A DNA stretch of 64,000 bases. Origin: Myxococcales bacterium. GTDB taxonomy: Bacteria > Myxococcota_A > UBA9042 > JABWCM01 > BTVJ01. The notes under the pieces were generated by a model, which did not search any database, had not been told where the DNA came from, and saw nothing but the letters and a program-made list of their open reading frames with translations. The stretch spans positions 118,668 through 182,667 of the forward strand of contig BTVJ01000007.1 in assembly GCA_045863395.1 (NCBI GenBank). Reading direction: 5' to 3'. The position numbers and the translations under genes are program-made. This document shows, piece by piece, positions 26,231 through 38,000 of this stretch (its first letter is position 1; the number at the start of each line of letters is the position of its first letter).

Positions 26231-28534
26231 TCAGCTCTCGACTCCAACCCTGCGGCGGCGGCGCCCCACCAACAGCAGCAGCCAGGCCGCGGGGTCGCCG
26301 GCCGCGGCGCAGCCTCCCCGTCCATCCTGGGAGGCGGCGCGGACGTCGCCCGGAGAGGCCACGGGCTCCAGGTCGCCGCTCAGAGCCGCGTCTCCCTCCG
26401 TGTACCCTGCGTCCGCCGGGGCGAGCGCCGCTGCCGTCGTGTCCTCGGCGCCCGTGGCCACCGGCCCGCCCGTAGCGGGGCGGCACACCAGGGCGGTCCG
26501 ATCGGCGGTGCAGACCGCGATCCCCGGGATGTGGGTCCCGAGCCCGCCGAAGCGCAGGGGGCAGGGCGCGCCCACCCCCTCGAAGTCCTCGTCCACCGCG
26601 CCGTCGCAGTCGTCGTCGAGCCCGTTGCCACAGAGCTCCGGGGGCGCGGGCTGGGGCTCGGCGAGGCAGCTCGTGCCGACGCCGTCCGCAGTGCAGCCCA
26701 GGGTCCCCGTGAGCGGGCACGCGCCACGCACCTGGACGGTGCAGGGCGCACCTACCTCGTCGAAGCCCTCGTCCACGAGGCCGTCGCAGTCGTTGTCCTG
26801 GGCGTCGCCGCACAGCTCCACCGCTACGGGGTCCGTGACGGGGGCCCCCGCGGGCAGGCACTGTGCGGCGTCCCCCGCGGCGCTGCACGCGACGAGTCCC
26901 GGCACGACGCAGCCGTCGGGGGTGATCTGGGCCACGCACGGGGCGCCCAGGTCCTCGAAGCCCTCGTCGACGGCGCCGTCGCAGTCGTCGTCCAGGCCGT
27001 TGTCGCACAGCTCGGCTCCCAGGGGGGCGGCGCCTCCAGTCTGCTGCTCGACGATGACGAGCACCTGGTCTGCCGCCACCGCCTCGACGACCTGCACCGT
27101 CCCCTGCGGCCAGCGCACCACCACCTGGTCGACGACGGCCACGTCTCCGAGCCCGAAGTGCGCCTCCAACTGGCTCGTCGCCAGGTAGCCCGAGGTGCTC
27201 CCGAGCTGCCGCCGCTGCCGGGCGCCCCCCGCGGCGACCTCCACGAGCGCCCCGAGGCCGTCGCGGTTGCTCTCGACGCCGGCGAGGCGGACGCGCAGCC
27301 AGTGGCCGCCGGCCGTGTCGTTTCGCAGGATGCGCAGCGGGCTGTCCTGGTTCAGGACGACCAGGTCCTGGTCCCCGTCTCCGTCCAGGTCCCCCGACGC
27401 CACGACTACCGAATCCGCGGACCCGAGCGCCGCATCCGACTCCCCCGCCACGTCCACGAAGGTGCCGTCCTGCTGATTGTGGAGCAGAGCGTTCCAGCCC
27501 GGCGGCAGGGTGACGTCGTGGGTCACGTAGAGGTCCTCCCACCCGTCCTGGTCCAGATCCTCCGCGACGACCCCCCACCCGGACCGGTTCATCACGCTTT
27601 GGGTCTCCTTGGCCACGTCGCTGAAGGCGCCGCAGTGGTTGGAGAACAGGAAGTGCCCCTCCGTCGTGTTCGTCACGTACACGTCGAACGCGCCGTTCCT
27701 GTCCAGGTCCGCCACCGCGACGCCCATGCCGTTGGCCTGGACCGGGGTCATCACGTCGAGGGTCACGTCCACGAAGCTGCCGTCCACGTTGCGGTACACG
27801 GTGAACCACGGGTTGCCGCCCGTGCCGCGGTCGTTGGCCACGAACAGGTCCAGGTCGCCGTCAAGGTCCAGGTCGAGCAGGCGCATGCCCAGGTTGGCTC
27901 CAGAGACGATCTTCGTCGGGTCCTTGGTGTTCACGAAGCCCTTGCCAGAGGCCCCGGCTGCGTCCGGCACGAGCGCGAAGGTCCCGTCGCCCAGAGACAG
28001 GAAGAGGAGGCTCCCGGGGTCGTTCCAGCCGTCGTAGCGTCCGATGAACAGGTCCAGCCAGCCGTCTCCGTCCAGGTCGCCCCACTGGGCGTCCATGTCC
28101 CAGCTCGCTCCAACGGGGCTGAGACCGGCCGCCGTGGTCACGTCCGTGAACTGGAAGGGCCCGTCGGCGCGCAGGAGGCGCCGTCCGCCGGACGGCACCG
28201 CCACGAAGAGGTCCAGGTCGCCGTCGTTGTCGTAATCCGCCGCCGCCAGGGCCTTCTCGGCGCCGAAGTTCGGCAGCCCGAGGCCCACCTCCGTGAAGGT
28301 GAGGTCTCCGGCGCCACGCCACGCGCGCAGTGGCTGGGATTCTCCGCCCGCGACGATCAGGTCGGGCACGCCGTCCGCGTCGAAGTCGCCGATGGCGAGG
28401 CCGCCGCCGCCCCAGGGGATCTTCGCGTCGCCATAGGAGTGCGCCACGCCGCTCTGGGGGGTGACGTCCTTGAGCACCGGGATGGCCAGCGCGGGCGTGG
28501 TCGAGAGGACCAGCAGCGGGACGAGGTTGCGCAT
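26231..28534 (-). CDS. FG-GAP/ASPIC-UnbV (CRTAC1-like) protein with MopE-like repeats and MYXO-CTERM-like tail
   Basis: Multiple D.D.DG..DL repeats; SNRDGLGA..GYLA..HFGLG..VRWP ASPIC motif; three C.NG.DDDCDG-type repeats; GGC..WLLLLVGRRRRR. Confidence 0.88.
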   Translation of the reverse strand: MRNLVPLLVLSTTPALAIPVLKDVTPQSGVAHSYGDAKIPWGGGGLAIGDFDADGVPDLIVAGGESQPLRAWRGAGDLTFTEVGLGLPNFGAEKALAAADYDNDGDLDLFVAVPSGGRRLLRADGPFQFTDVTTAAGLSPVGASWDMDAQWGDLDGDGWLDLFIGRYDGWNDPGSLLFLSLGDGTFALVPDAAGASGKGFVNTKDPTKIVSGANLGMRLLDLDLDGDLDLFVANDRGTGGNPWFTVYRNVDGSFVDVTLDVMTPVQANGMGVAVADLDRNGAFDVYVTNTTEGHFLFSNHCGAFSDVAKETQSVMNRSGWGVVAEDLDQDGWEDLYVTHDVTLPPGWNALLHNQQDGTFVDVAGESDAALGSADSVVVASGDLDGDGDQDLVVLNQDSPLRILRNDTAGGHWLRVRLAGVESNRDGLGALVEVAAGGARQRRQLGSTSGYLATSQLEAHFGLGDVAVVDQVVVRWPQGTVQVVEAVAADQVLVIVEQQTGGAAPLGAELCDNGLDDDCDGAVDEGFEDLGAPCVAQITPDGCVVPGLVACSAAGDAAQCLPAGAPVTDPVAVELCGDAQDNDCDGLVDEGFDEVGAPCTVQVRGACPLTGTLGCTADGVGTSCLAEPQPAPPELCGNGLDDDCDGAVDEDFEGVGAPCPLRFGGLGTHIPGIAVCTADRTALVCRPATGGPVATGAEDTTAAALAPADAGYTEGDAALSGDLEPVASPGDVRAASQDGRGGCAAAGDPAAWLLLLVGRRRRRVGVES

Positions 28535-28618
28535 GGGGTGATCCTGCCGCCGTCGGCGCCGCCTGTCCAGGGGACTCGTCGGGGCGCGAGGATCATGGCG
28601 TCGCCCCACGGCACCGGG

Positions 28619-31600
28619 TCACAGGCAGGTGGCGGGGTCCAGGTCTCCGTCGCAGTCGGTGTCCACCCCGTCGCACGCCTCGGGGGCGCCGGGCCAGGCC
28701 CCGGGGTTCTCGTCGTCGCAGTCTCCGGTCTGGGTCGCCGTCCAATCTGCCTGAGCGGTGCACAGACACTGGAAGAGGGCTGAACCCCAGGAGTCTCCGT
28801 CGCCGTCCTGGTAGAGGACTGTGCAGCCCGTGGAGTTCGGCGCGTCCACCACGCCGTCGCAGTCGTCGTCCTTGCCGTTGCACGCCTCGATGGCCGCCGG
28901 ATTGACGGCCGCCACCTTGTCGTCGCAGTCACCGCCGACCGCGGCCACATGGGGCGCGACCGGCGCGCAGAGGCAGGCGCTCTCTCCCGTCAGCCCCCAG
29001 CCATCCCCGTCGTCGTCACGAAGCCACTGGACGCACCCCTTGGCGCCTGGCTCGTCCACCAAGCCGTCGCAGTCCTCGTCGACACCCTTTCCGGCGCAGG
29101 TCTCCTCGGCGCCGTGATGCCGCGTGGGGTCCAGCGGGGCGCAGTCGAGCACGTCCGGGTCACCGTCGTTGTCGTCGTCCGGGTCACAGGTGTCGCCCAG
29201 GCCGTCTCCGTCCGTGTCCGTCTGCGACGCGTTGGAGACCAGCGGGCAGTTGTCCGAGACGTCCGGCACCTCGTCGTTGTCGTCGTCTGGGTCGCAGGCG
29301 TCTCCGAGGCCGTCTCCGTCCGTGTCCTTCTGATCCGGGTTGTGCACCAGAACGCAGTTGTCTGCTCCGTCCAGCTTGCCGTCGCCGTCGTCGTCCGGGT
29401 CGCAGGCGTCTCCGAGGCCGTCTCCGTCCGTGTCCGTCTGCGCCGGGTCGGGGATCAGGGGGCAGACGTCCACGTCGTCGGGGACCCCGTCGTTGTCGTC
29501 GTCTGGGTCGCAGGCGTCGCCCATTCCGTCGAAGTCCGAGTCCTTCTGCGTCGGGTTGGCCGCGAAGGGGCAGTTGTCGCCATCGTTGGGTTTGCCGTCT
29601 CCGTCTGCGTCGCTGTCGCAGGCGTCGCCCTTGCCGTCTCCGTCCAGGTCCTCCTGGCCCGGGTTCCACGCCAGCGGGCAGTTGTCCGAGCCGTTCAGGT
29701 AGCCGTCGTTGTCCGCGTCCGGGTCGCAGACGTCGCCGATGCCGTCCTGATCCACGTCCCCCTGGAGGGGGTTCGCGGTGATCGGGCAGTTGTCCACCGT
29801 GTCCGCGATGCCGTCGTTGTCGTCGTCGGGGTCGCAGGCGTCCCCCAGGGAGTCTCCGTCTGCGTTGGCCTGGCTCGGGTTCTTGACGGTCGGGCAGTTG
29901 TCGGCGTCGTCGGGCACGCCGTCGTTGTCGTCGTCCGGGTCGCACGCGTCGCCCACCCCGTCCTTGTCGGTGTCCGTCTGGGACGGGTTGACCACCAGGG
30001 GGCAGTTGTCCACCGCGTCGGGGTAGCCGTCGTTGTCGTCGTCGGGATCGCAGGCGTCGCCCTTTCCGTCCTTGTCCGTGTCCGTCTGCTCGGGGTTGGC
30101 TGCGCCCGGGCAGTTGTCGCCGGCGTCCAGCACGCCGTCGCCGTCCTGGTCTCCGTCGCAGGCGTCGCCCACGCCGTCCTTGTCCGTGTCCGTCTGCGCC
30201 AGGTTCGGCACGAGCGGGCAGTTGTCCAAGTGGTCCGGGACCTTGTCGTTGTCGTCGTCGTCGTCGCAGGCGTCGCCCTTGCCGTCCTTGTCCGTGTCGA
30301 TCTGGAGGGGGTCCGGAACGAGGGGGCACTTGTCCAGGGCGTCCGGCAGACCGTCGCCGTCGTCGTCGTCGTCGCAGGCGTCGCCGTTGCCGTCCCCGTC
30401 CGTGTCCACCTGGTCCGGGTTGGGGAGGAGCGGGCAGTTGTCCACGGCGTCTGGAACGGCGTCGTTGTCGTCGTCCGTGTCGCAGGCGTCGCCGATGCCG
30501 TCCTTGTCCGTGTCCGTCTGACCCGGATTGAAGACGTTGGGGCAGTTGTCCAGCGCGCCCGCGATGCCGTCGCCATCCTCGTCCGGGTCACAGGCGTCGC
30601 CGAGGCCGTCACTGTCGCCGTCCTTCTGGTCCGGGTTGGGCACTAGCGGGCAGTTGTCGGCCCCGTCCAGGACCCCGTCGTCGTCGTCGTCCGGATCGCA
30701 GGCGTCCCCCTTGCCGTCCTTGTCCGTGTCCTGCTGGTCCGGGTTGGGCACGAGCGGGCAGCTGTCCGTCCCGTCGGGCACCTGGTCGTTGTCGTCGTCC
30801 GGGTCGCACGCGTCGCCGACCGTGTCCAGGTCGGCGTCCTCCTGGCCGGGGTTGGGCACGGTGGGGCAGTTGTCGTCGCCATCCAGCACGCCGTCCGCGT
30901 CGTCGTCCGGCGAGAGGCAGTCCGCCGTCCCGTCGCCGTCCGAGTCCGGGAAGCCCTCGTCCGTGACCCCATCGCAGTCGTCGTCCTTCCCATTGCAGGT
31001 CTCCGCCACCGGCTGCTGCGCCGAGCACCCCGGGGCGCCGCCCGCGCAGGTCACGACCCCGAGGCAGAGCCCGTGCTCGCTCTTGTTCTCGCACTGCACG
31101 GGGGCCAGGCTCTCGTCCGTCGCGCCGTCGCAGTCGTCGTCCTTGCCGTTGCACACCTCCGGGGCGGCGGGCGGCCCGTCGCACTCCGTCAAGCCCGTCT
31201 CGCCGCAGAAGCGCTCGCCCCCGCAGGTCCCGTGCTCGTTGCTGGTCGCGCAGGCCGTCGAGCGCTTGAGGGCCTGCGCCCACCCGTTGCACTCGCAGAT
31301 GCCCGCGGAGGGGCGGCACTGGCGGGCGGTCTCGGCCCCGCGGACCTCGTCGACGCAGTCGTAGCCCGACGGACACGGCCGCTCCGAGCAGTCACCGCCG
31401 CAAAAGGAGCCCTCATCGCCCATGGCGAGGCACAGATCGCCCGTCACCGCCCCATCCGGGCGGCAGTCGGCGTCATTCCGGCAGGGGCTGCACAGGGCCA
31501 GGAAGTCCTGCACGCACAGGTAGACCAGATCGGGGAAGGTCTTCTCCAGGGGCGCGCAGCGGAAGCCGTCCGGGCACGGCTCGACCTCATTGCACAGGTC

Positions 31601-31909
31601 GGTGCAGGTGGGGCCGGACGTGGTCGCGATGCACTGCCCGGAGATGCAGTCCGGGGCGCCCCCCGGACACGGGTAGCCCATCTCTCCAGGCTCGGGGGTG
31701 TTGCCCGTGTCGCCCAGGTCGAGACCTTGCTGTACGTCGATTTCTGGCGTCACCTGGTCAGGCTGGACGAATCCTGCGTCTCCTGAGGCGTCCTGCTCGA
31801 CTGCACCATCCGCGGCATCAACCTGCGCTCCCTGAGTCACGGGATCGCCGTCGCAGGCGACCATCAAGCAGCACATGACGCCGAGCCAGAACGCGAGACG
31901 CATCACCAT
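28619..31909 (-). CDS. Thrombospondin type-3 repeat lipoprotein with MopE-like repeats
   Basis: Lipobox MVAC; 16 consecutive 36-aa DNCP..PNPDQ.D.D.DG.GDACD repeats; flanking [10 protein letters not shown] repeats. Confidence 0.9.
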   Translation of the reverse strand: MVMRLAFWLGVMCCLMVACDGDPVTQGAQVDAADGAVEQDASGDAGFVQPDQVTPEIDVQQGLDLGDTGNTPEPGEMGYPCPGGAPDCISGQCIATTSGPTCTDLCNEVEPCPDGFRCAPLEKTFPDLVYLCVQDFLALCSPCRNDADCRPDGAVTGDLCLAMGDEGSFCGGDCSERPCPSGYDCVDEVRGAETARQCRPSAGICECNGWAQALKRSTACATSNEHGTCGGERFCGETGLTECDGPPAAPEVCNGKDDDCDGATDESLAPVQCENKSEHGLCLGVVTCAGGAPGCSAQQPVAETCNGKDDDCDGVTDEGFPDSDGDGTADCLSPDDDADGVLDGDDNCPTVPNPGQEDADLDTVGDACDPDDDNDQVPDGTDSCPLVPNPDQQDTDKDGKGDACDPDDDDDGVLDGADNCPLVPNPDQKDGDSDGLGDACDPDEDGDGIAGALDNCPNVFNPGQTDTDKDGIGDACDTDDDNDAVPDAVDNCPLLPNPDQVDTDGDGNGDACDDDDDGDGLPDALDKCPLVPDPLQIDTDKDGKGDACDDDDDNDKVPDHLDNCPLVPNLAQTDTDKDGVGDACDGDQDGDGVLDAGDNCPGAANPEQTDTDKDGKGDACDPDDDNDGYPDAVDNCPLVVNPSQTDTDKDGVGDACDPDDDNDGVPDDADNCPTVKNPSQANADGDSLGDACDPDDDNDGIADTVDNCPITANPLQGDVDQDGIGDVCDPDADNDGYLNGSDNCPLAWNPGQEDLDGDGKGDACDSDADGDGKPNDGDNCPFAANPTQKDSDFDGMGDACDPDDDNDGVPDDVDVCPLIPDPAQTDTDGDGLGDACDPDDDGDGKLDGADNCVLVHNPDQKDTDGDGLGDACDPDDDNDEVPDVSDNCPLVSNASQTDTDGDGLGDTCDPDDDNDGDPDVLDCAPLDPTRHHGAEETCAGKGVDEDCDGLVDEPGAKGCVQWLRDDDGDGWGLTGESACLCAPVAPHVAAVGGDCDDKVAAVNPAAIEACNGKDDDCDGVVDAPNSTGCTVLYQDGDGDSWGSALFQCLCTAQADWTATQTGDCDDENPGAWPGAPEACDGVDTDCDGDLDPATCL

Positions 31910-32093
31910 CACTCACCTCACCGCGGGGGGCCGTAGGGGGAGTCAGCATGCCACCTCCTGGCGTCCGCTCCAACCCTGGCGCCGAACGACTCCGTAAATT
32001 CTGCCCGTCGCGGGATTCCGTCTACCCCTCTTCGTGGGCTGCAAGTACACTGCCCGGACGACCTGTGGCTCAAGAGGCTCCCCGGAGGCCCCC

Positions 32094-35000
32094 ATGAGAG
32101 ACCTGCGAGCGTTCATCGTGCTGGCCATGATCCTGACAGCGTGCGGCGAGAGCGTCGTGAGCAGTGGCGGCGACGGTGGCAGCACCGACGTCGACACGCC
32201 GCCCCTCGGCACGGACGTGGACGTCGCCCCCCCTGACGGGGTCGTGGTTCCAGACACGGGGAGCGAGCCTCAGTGCTCGGTCGACGGGGACTGCTCGGCC
32301 TTGGCCAAGCCCTGCTCCACGGTGAAGTGCGACGCCGGCAAGTGCACCTGGATCCCCCAGGACGACGGGGCTGCGTGCGACGACGGCGACCCGTGCACCC
32401 AGGGCGACAAGTGCTCTGCCGGGGCCTGTGCAGGCATCGACACCTGCGGCTGCGCCGGCGACGCCGACTGCGCGGACCAGGAGGACGGCGATCTCTGCAA
32501 TGGCACGCTCGTCTGCAAGGACAAGAAGTGCGTGGTGGACGCCGCGACGGTGATCGCCTGCGACACGAGCGCCGACGAGGCCTGCGCAAAGGCCGCCTGC
32601 GACCCGGCGACGGGCTCCTGCGCCATCATGGCGGTGCCGGAGGGGTCGGCTTGTGACGACGGCGATGGCTGCACGGTCGGGGAGACCTGCAAGAGCGGGG
32701 TCTGTTCCGGCGCGTCGCTGTCCTGCGACGACGGCAGCCCGTGCACCGACGACGCGTGCGAGGGCGGCACCTGCACGAACACCCCCAACACGGCAGCCTG
32801 CGACGACGGCAACCCCTGCACGGTCGGCGATGCGTGCAAGGACGGCCTGTGCCAGCCCGGCGAGGGGAGCTGCCCCTGCGAGACGGAGGCGGACTGCGCT
32901 GCGCAAGAGGACGAGGACCTGTGCAACGGAACGCTGACCTGCGCCGACGGCCAGTGCGTTCCGCTGCCTGGCTCCGCCGTGGTGTGCGACACGTCGGCGG
33001 ACGGGGCCTGCGCGACGACCGCGTGCGTTCCGTCGACCGGGGAGTGCGAGACCACCGCCGCCGAGGACGGTACGCCGTGCGACGACGGGACGGCGTGCAG
33101 CGGGGCGGACGCCTGCCTGGAGGGCGCCTGCCTCGGCTCACCCATAAGCTGCGACGACGGCAACCCGTGCACCCAGGAAGGGTGTGACCCGGTGTCCGGA
33201 TGTACCCACGAGGCGATTCCGGGCTCCTGCGACGACGGGGACGCGTGCACGACGGGGGACACGTGCGTGGGCGGCACCTGCGCCGGATCCGGCGCCGGCC
33301 AGTGTGACGACGGCAACCCCTGCACCACCGACGGCTGCGACCCCGCCGGGGGCTGCGTCAACGTCCCCAACGCGGTGCCCTGCGACGACGGCAGCGCGTG
33401 CACCACGGGCGACGCATGCAGCGACGGGGCCTGCGTGGGCGGCGCGCCGCTGGCGTGCGACGACGGCAACCCCTGCACCAGCGACACGTGCTCGGCGGCG
33501 ACGGGCTGCGTCCATGACCCGATCACGGCACCCTGCAACGACGGCAACCCCTGCACGAGCGGCGACCAGTGCGAGGGCGGCGTCTGCAAGGGCGTCGGGG
33601 GCCTGGACTGCGACGACGGCAACCCCTGCACGGACGACGGCTGCACCGCGGAGAGCGGCTGCACCCACACCCCCAACGCGGCGCCTTGCGACGACGGGAA
33701 CGCCTGCACCACGGGCGACGTGTGTACGGGCGGCGAGTGTGCGCCCGGACCGTCGACGTGCTCGTGCCAGACCGACGGAGACTGCAAGCCCTTCGACGAC
33801 GGCAACGCCTGCAACGGCGTGCTGTTCTGTGATCAGAGCTCCTTCCCCTTCACGTGCAAGGTGAGCCCGTCGAGCGTCGTGACGTGCTCGACGGCGGGCG
33901 ATACGACCTGCCAGAAGAACACGTGCGACCCGGTGAGCGGTCAGTGCTCCCCGAAGCCCTTGAACGACGGCAAGCCCTGCGATGACGGCAACGCCTGCAC
34001 GGCGGCAGACCTGTGCGGGAGCGGTGTCTGCAAGGGCAGCGTGCCCACGAGCTGCGACGACAAGAACCCGTGCACCGACGACTCCTGCGTGCCGGCGACC
34101 GGGTGCGTGCACAAGTCGAACGCCTCGCCCTGTGATGACGGGAGCCTGTGCACGACGAACGACCTCTGCCAGCAGGGGCTCTGCGTTGGTGGTCCGCCGC
34201 CTGGCTGCAATGACGGCAACCCCTGCACGGACGACGGCTGCAACCCCAAGTCCGGCTGCTTCAACACGCCGAACGTGGCGCCGTGCAGCGACGGGAACTC
34301 GTGCACGACGGGGGACGCCTGCAAGGGCGGCCTGTGCGCCGGCGGAACGGGCGTGGCGTGCAGCGACGCCAACCCCTGCACCGACGACGCGTGCGACCCG
34401 AAGAGCGGCTGCGTGCACACCCCGAACGGGGCCGGCTGCGACGACGGCAACGCCTGCACGACCGACGACGTGTGCGCCAACGGGACGTGCAAGGGCCTGA
34501 AGGCCGTGCTGTGCAACGACGGCAACCCGTGCACCGACGACGCGTGCAACCCGGCGCTCGGGTGCGTGTTCCAGAACAACGCCGCGCCGTGCAACGACGG
34601 CAGCGTGTGCACCACGGACGACACCTGCGCCGGCGGGTCGTGCGTCGGCGGCGCGCCGCTGTCCTGCGGCGACGGCAACCCCTGCACCGACGACACCTGC
34701 GACCCGAAGACGGGCTGCAAGAACACCCCGAGCGGCAAGCCCTGCGACGACGGCAACGCGTGCACGTCAGGCGACGCCTGCGGTGGTGGCTCCTGCAAGC
34801 CGGGCTCGCCGGTGGGGTGCAACGACGGCAACCCGTGCACCGACGATGGCTGCGACCCGCAGACCGGCTGCGTCCACACGATGAACACGGCCGCCTGCGA
34901 CGACGGGGACGCCTGCACCACGGGCGACGTCTGCGGCGGCGGCGTGTGCAAGGGGACGGGCGGGACCCAGTGCAACGACGGCAACCCGTGCACCGACGAC

Positions 35001-38000
35001 TCCTGCAAGGAGGGCGTGGGCTGCGTCTACGTCGCCAACCAGGCCCCCTGCGACGACGGCAACGCCTGCACCACCGGGGACGCCTGCGCGGCCCAGAAGT
35101 GCGTGGGCGGCCCGGCGACCCAGTGCGGGGACGGAAACCCGTGCACGGACGACTCCTGCGACCCGGCGACGGGCTGCGTGAACCTGGCCAACGAGAAGCC
35201 GTGTGACGACAACAACGCCTGCACCGTCGGCGACCAGTGCGGCGCCAAGCAGTGCAAGCCCGGCGTCCCGCTGCCGTGCGACGACGGCAACCCCTGCACG
35301 ACCGACGGGTGCCTGCCTGCGACAGGCTGCACCGCGGTCCCGAACACGGCGCCGTGCTCGGACGGCAACCCGTGCACCCAGAACGACGTGTGTGCGGGCG
35401 GGCTGTGCCAGAGCGGGACCCAGATCTGCGCCTGCGAGGAGGACGCCGACTGCGCCGCGCAGGACGACGGCGACCCCTGCACGGGCACGCTGGTGTGCAA
35501 CGTGGGCGTCCTGCCACACACCTGCGTCGTGGATCCGGCCACCGTGCCGGTGTGCGACCCCTCGGACGACACGCCGTGCCTGGTCAGCAAGTGTCAGCCC
35601 GCGAGCGGGTCGTGCGCTCCCGTGCCCGTCAACGCGGGCGGACCTTGCGACGACGGCAGCGCCTGCACGGCGGGCGACAAGTGCTCGAGCGGGCTGTGCG
35701 TCGGCGGAGCCACCATCAACTGCAACGACGGCAACCCCTGCACCGACGACTCCTGCGACCCTCTGGCCGGCTGCCTGAGCACCCCGTCGAGCCAGCCGTG
35801 CAACGACGGGAACCCGTGCACGACGGGCGACACGTGCTCGGCCGGGACCTGCAAGGGCACCGGAGCGCTCCCGTGCGACGATGGCAACCCCTGCACGACG
35901 GACGCCTGCGACCCGGCGACCGGGTGCACGTTCACCAACAACACCGTCCTCTGCGACGACGGCAACGCCTGTACGTCCGGGGACGTGTGCGGCGCCGGGG
36001 TCTGCAAGGGCGCGACGGCGGTGACCTGCAACGACGGCAACCCGTGTACGGATGACACCTGCGACCCGGCGACGGGCTGCAAGGCCACCAACAACACGGT
36101 GCCCTGCAACGACGGCAACGCGTGCACGACGGCGGATACCTGCAAGGACGGCGTCTGCACGGGCGGCGCGCCGCCGGCCTGCGGCGACGGCAACCCATGC
36201 ACGGACGACGGGTGTGATCCCGCGACGGGCTGCGTCCATACGAACAACACGGCGCCCTGCAATGACGGCAACGCGTGCAGCACCGGCGACACCTGCGCTG
36301 GCGGCTCCTGCGTGGCGACGGGCACGCTCCCGTGCAACGACGCCAACCCGTGCACCAACGACTCCTGCATCCCGGCGAGCGGCTGCTCGTTCGTGAACAA
36401 CACGAACCCGTGCAACGACGGCAACGCCTGCACCACGTCGGACGCCTGCGACGGCGGCCAGTGCAAGGGCACGGGCTCGCTGAGCTGCGCCGACAGCAAC
36501 CCGTGCACCGACGACTTCTGTGACCCGGCGACGGGCTGCGTGGTCAAGCCCAACACCAACCCATGCAACGACGGCAACGCCTGCACCCAGAACGACGCGT
36601 GCTCGGGCGGCGTGTGCCTGGGCGGCTCGGCGGTGGTCTGCAATGACGGAAACCCCTGCACGACGGAGAGCTGCGTCCCTGCCAGCGGCTGCGTCTACAC
36701 CAACAACACGAGCCCCTGCGACGACGGCAACGCCTGCACGCCGAGCGACAAGTGCACGAACGGCGTGTGTGTGGGGTCGGGGACGCTCGGCTGCAACGAC
36801 GGCAACCCGTGCACGACCGATAGCTGCGACCCGGCGACAGGCTGCACCTACACCAACAACACGAGCCCGTGCGACGACGGCAACGCCTGCACGTCCGGCG
36901 ACGTGTGCGGCGGTGGCGTCTGCAAGCCCGGGACGGGGCTCCAGTGCAACGACGGCAACCCCTGCACGGACGACGGGTGCTCCCCGGGCTCCGGGTGCAC
37001 GTTCACGCCCAACACGGCGCCCTGCAACGACGGCAACGCCTGCACGTCCGGCGACGTGTGCGCGGCAGGCCAGTGCAAGGCGGGCACCGCGGTGACGTGC
37101 AACGACAGCAACCCGTGCACCAGCGACTCCTGCAACCCGGCGAGCGGGTGCGTCTACACGAACAACACGGCGGCCTGCTCCGACGGCAACGCCTGCACGA
37201 CGAACGACACGTGCGCGGGCGGTCAGTGTGTCGGCGGGGCGGCCCCCAACTGCAACGACGGCAACGTCTGCACGGCGGACGCCTGCAACCCGGCCACCGG
37301 CTGCACGCACACGCCGACGGCCGGACCGTGCAACGACGGCAACGCGTGTACGCAGAACGACACCTGCACGGGGGGGGTCTGCACGGGCGGCGCGGCGGTC
37401 AACTGCGACGACGCCAACCCGTGCACCAACGACTCCTGCAACCCGGCGACCGGATGCACCTACACCAACGCGAGTGGGGCGTGCAGCGACGGCAACGCCT
37501 GCACGACCGGCGATGCCTGCACCGGCGGGCTGTGCAAGCCGACGGGGACTTTGACCTGCAACGACAACAACGTGTGCACCAGCGACTCCTGCAACCCGGC
37601 CAGCGGCTGCGTGTTCACGAACGTCTCCGGGCCCTGCGACGACGGCAACGCGTGCAGCACGGGCGACTCGTGCCAGGCGGGGCAGTGCAAGGGCACGGGC
37701 GGCTTGAACTGCGACGACGGCAACCCCTGTACGGCGGACTCCTGCAACGCGCAGGGAGGCTGTGTCCACACCAACATCACGGGCGGCTGCAACGACGGGA
37801 ACGCCTGCACGACCAACGACATCTGCCAGAACGGGGTCTGCACGGGCGGGCCGGCGCTGTCCTGCAACGATGGCAACGTGTGTACCAACGACTCGTGCAA
37901 TCCCGCGAGCGGCTGCGTCTACACGAACAACACCGCGAGCTGCAACGACGGCAACGCCTGCACCACGGGGGACACGTGCTCCGGCGGACAGTGCGTCGGT

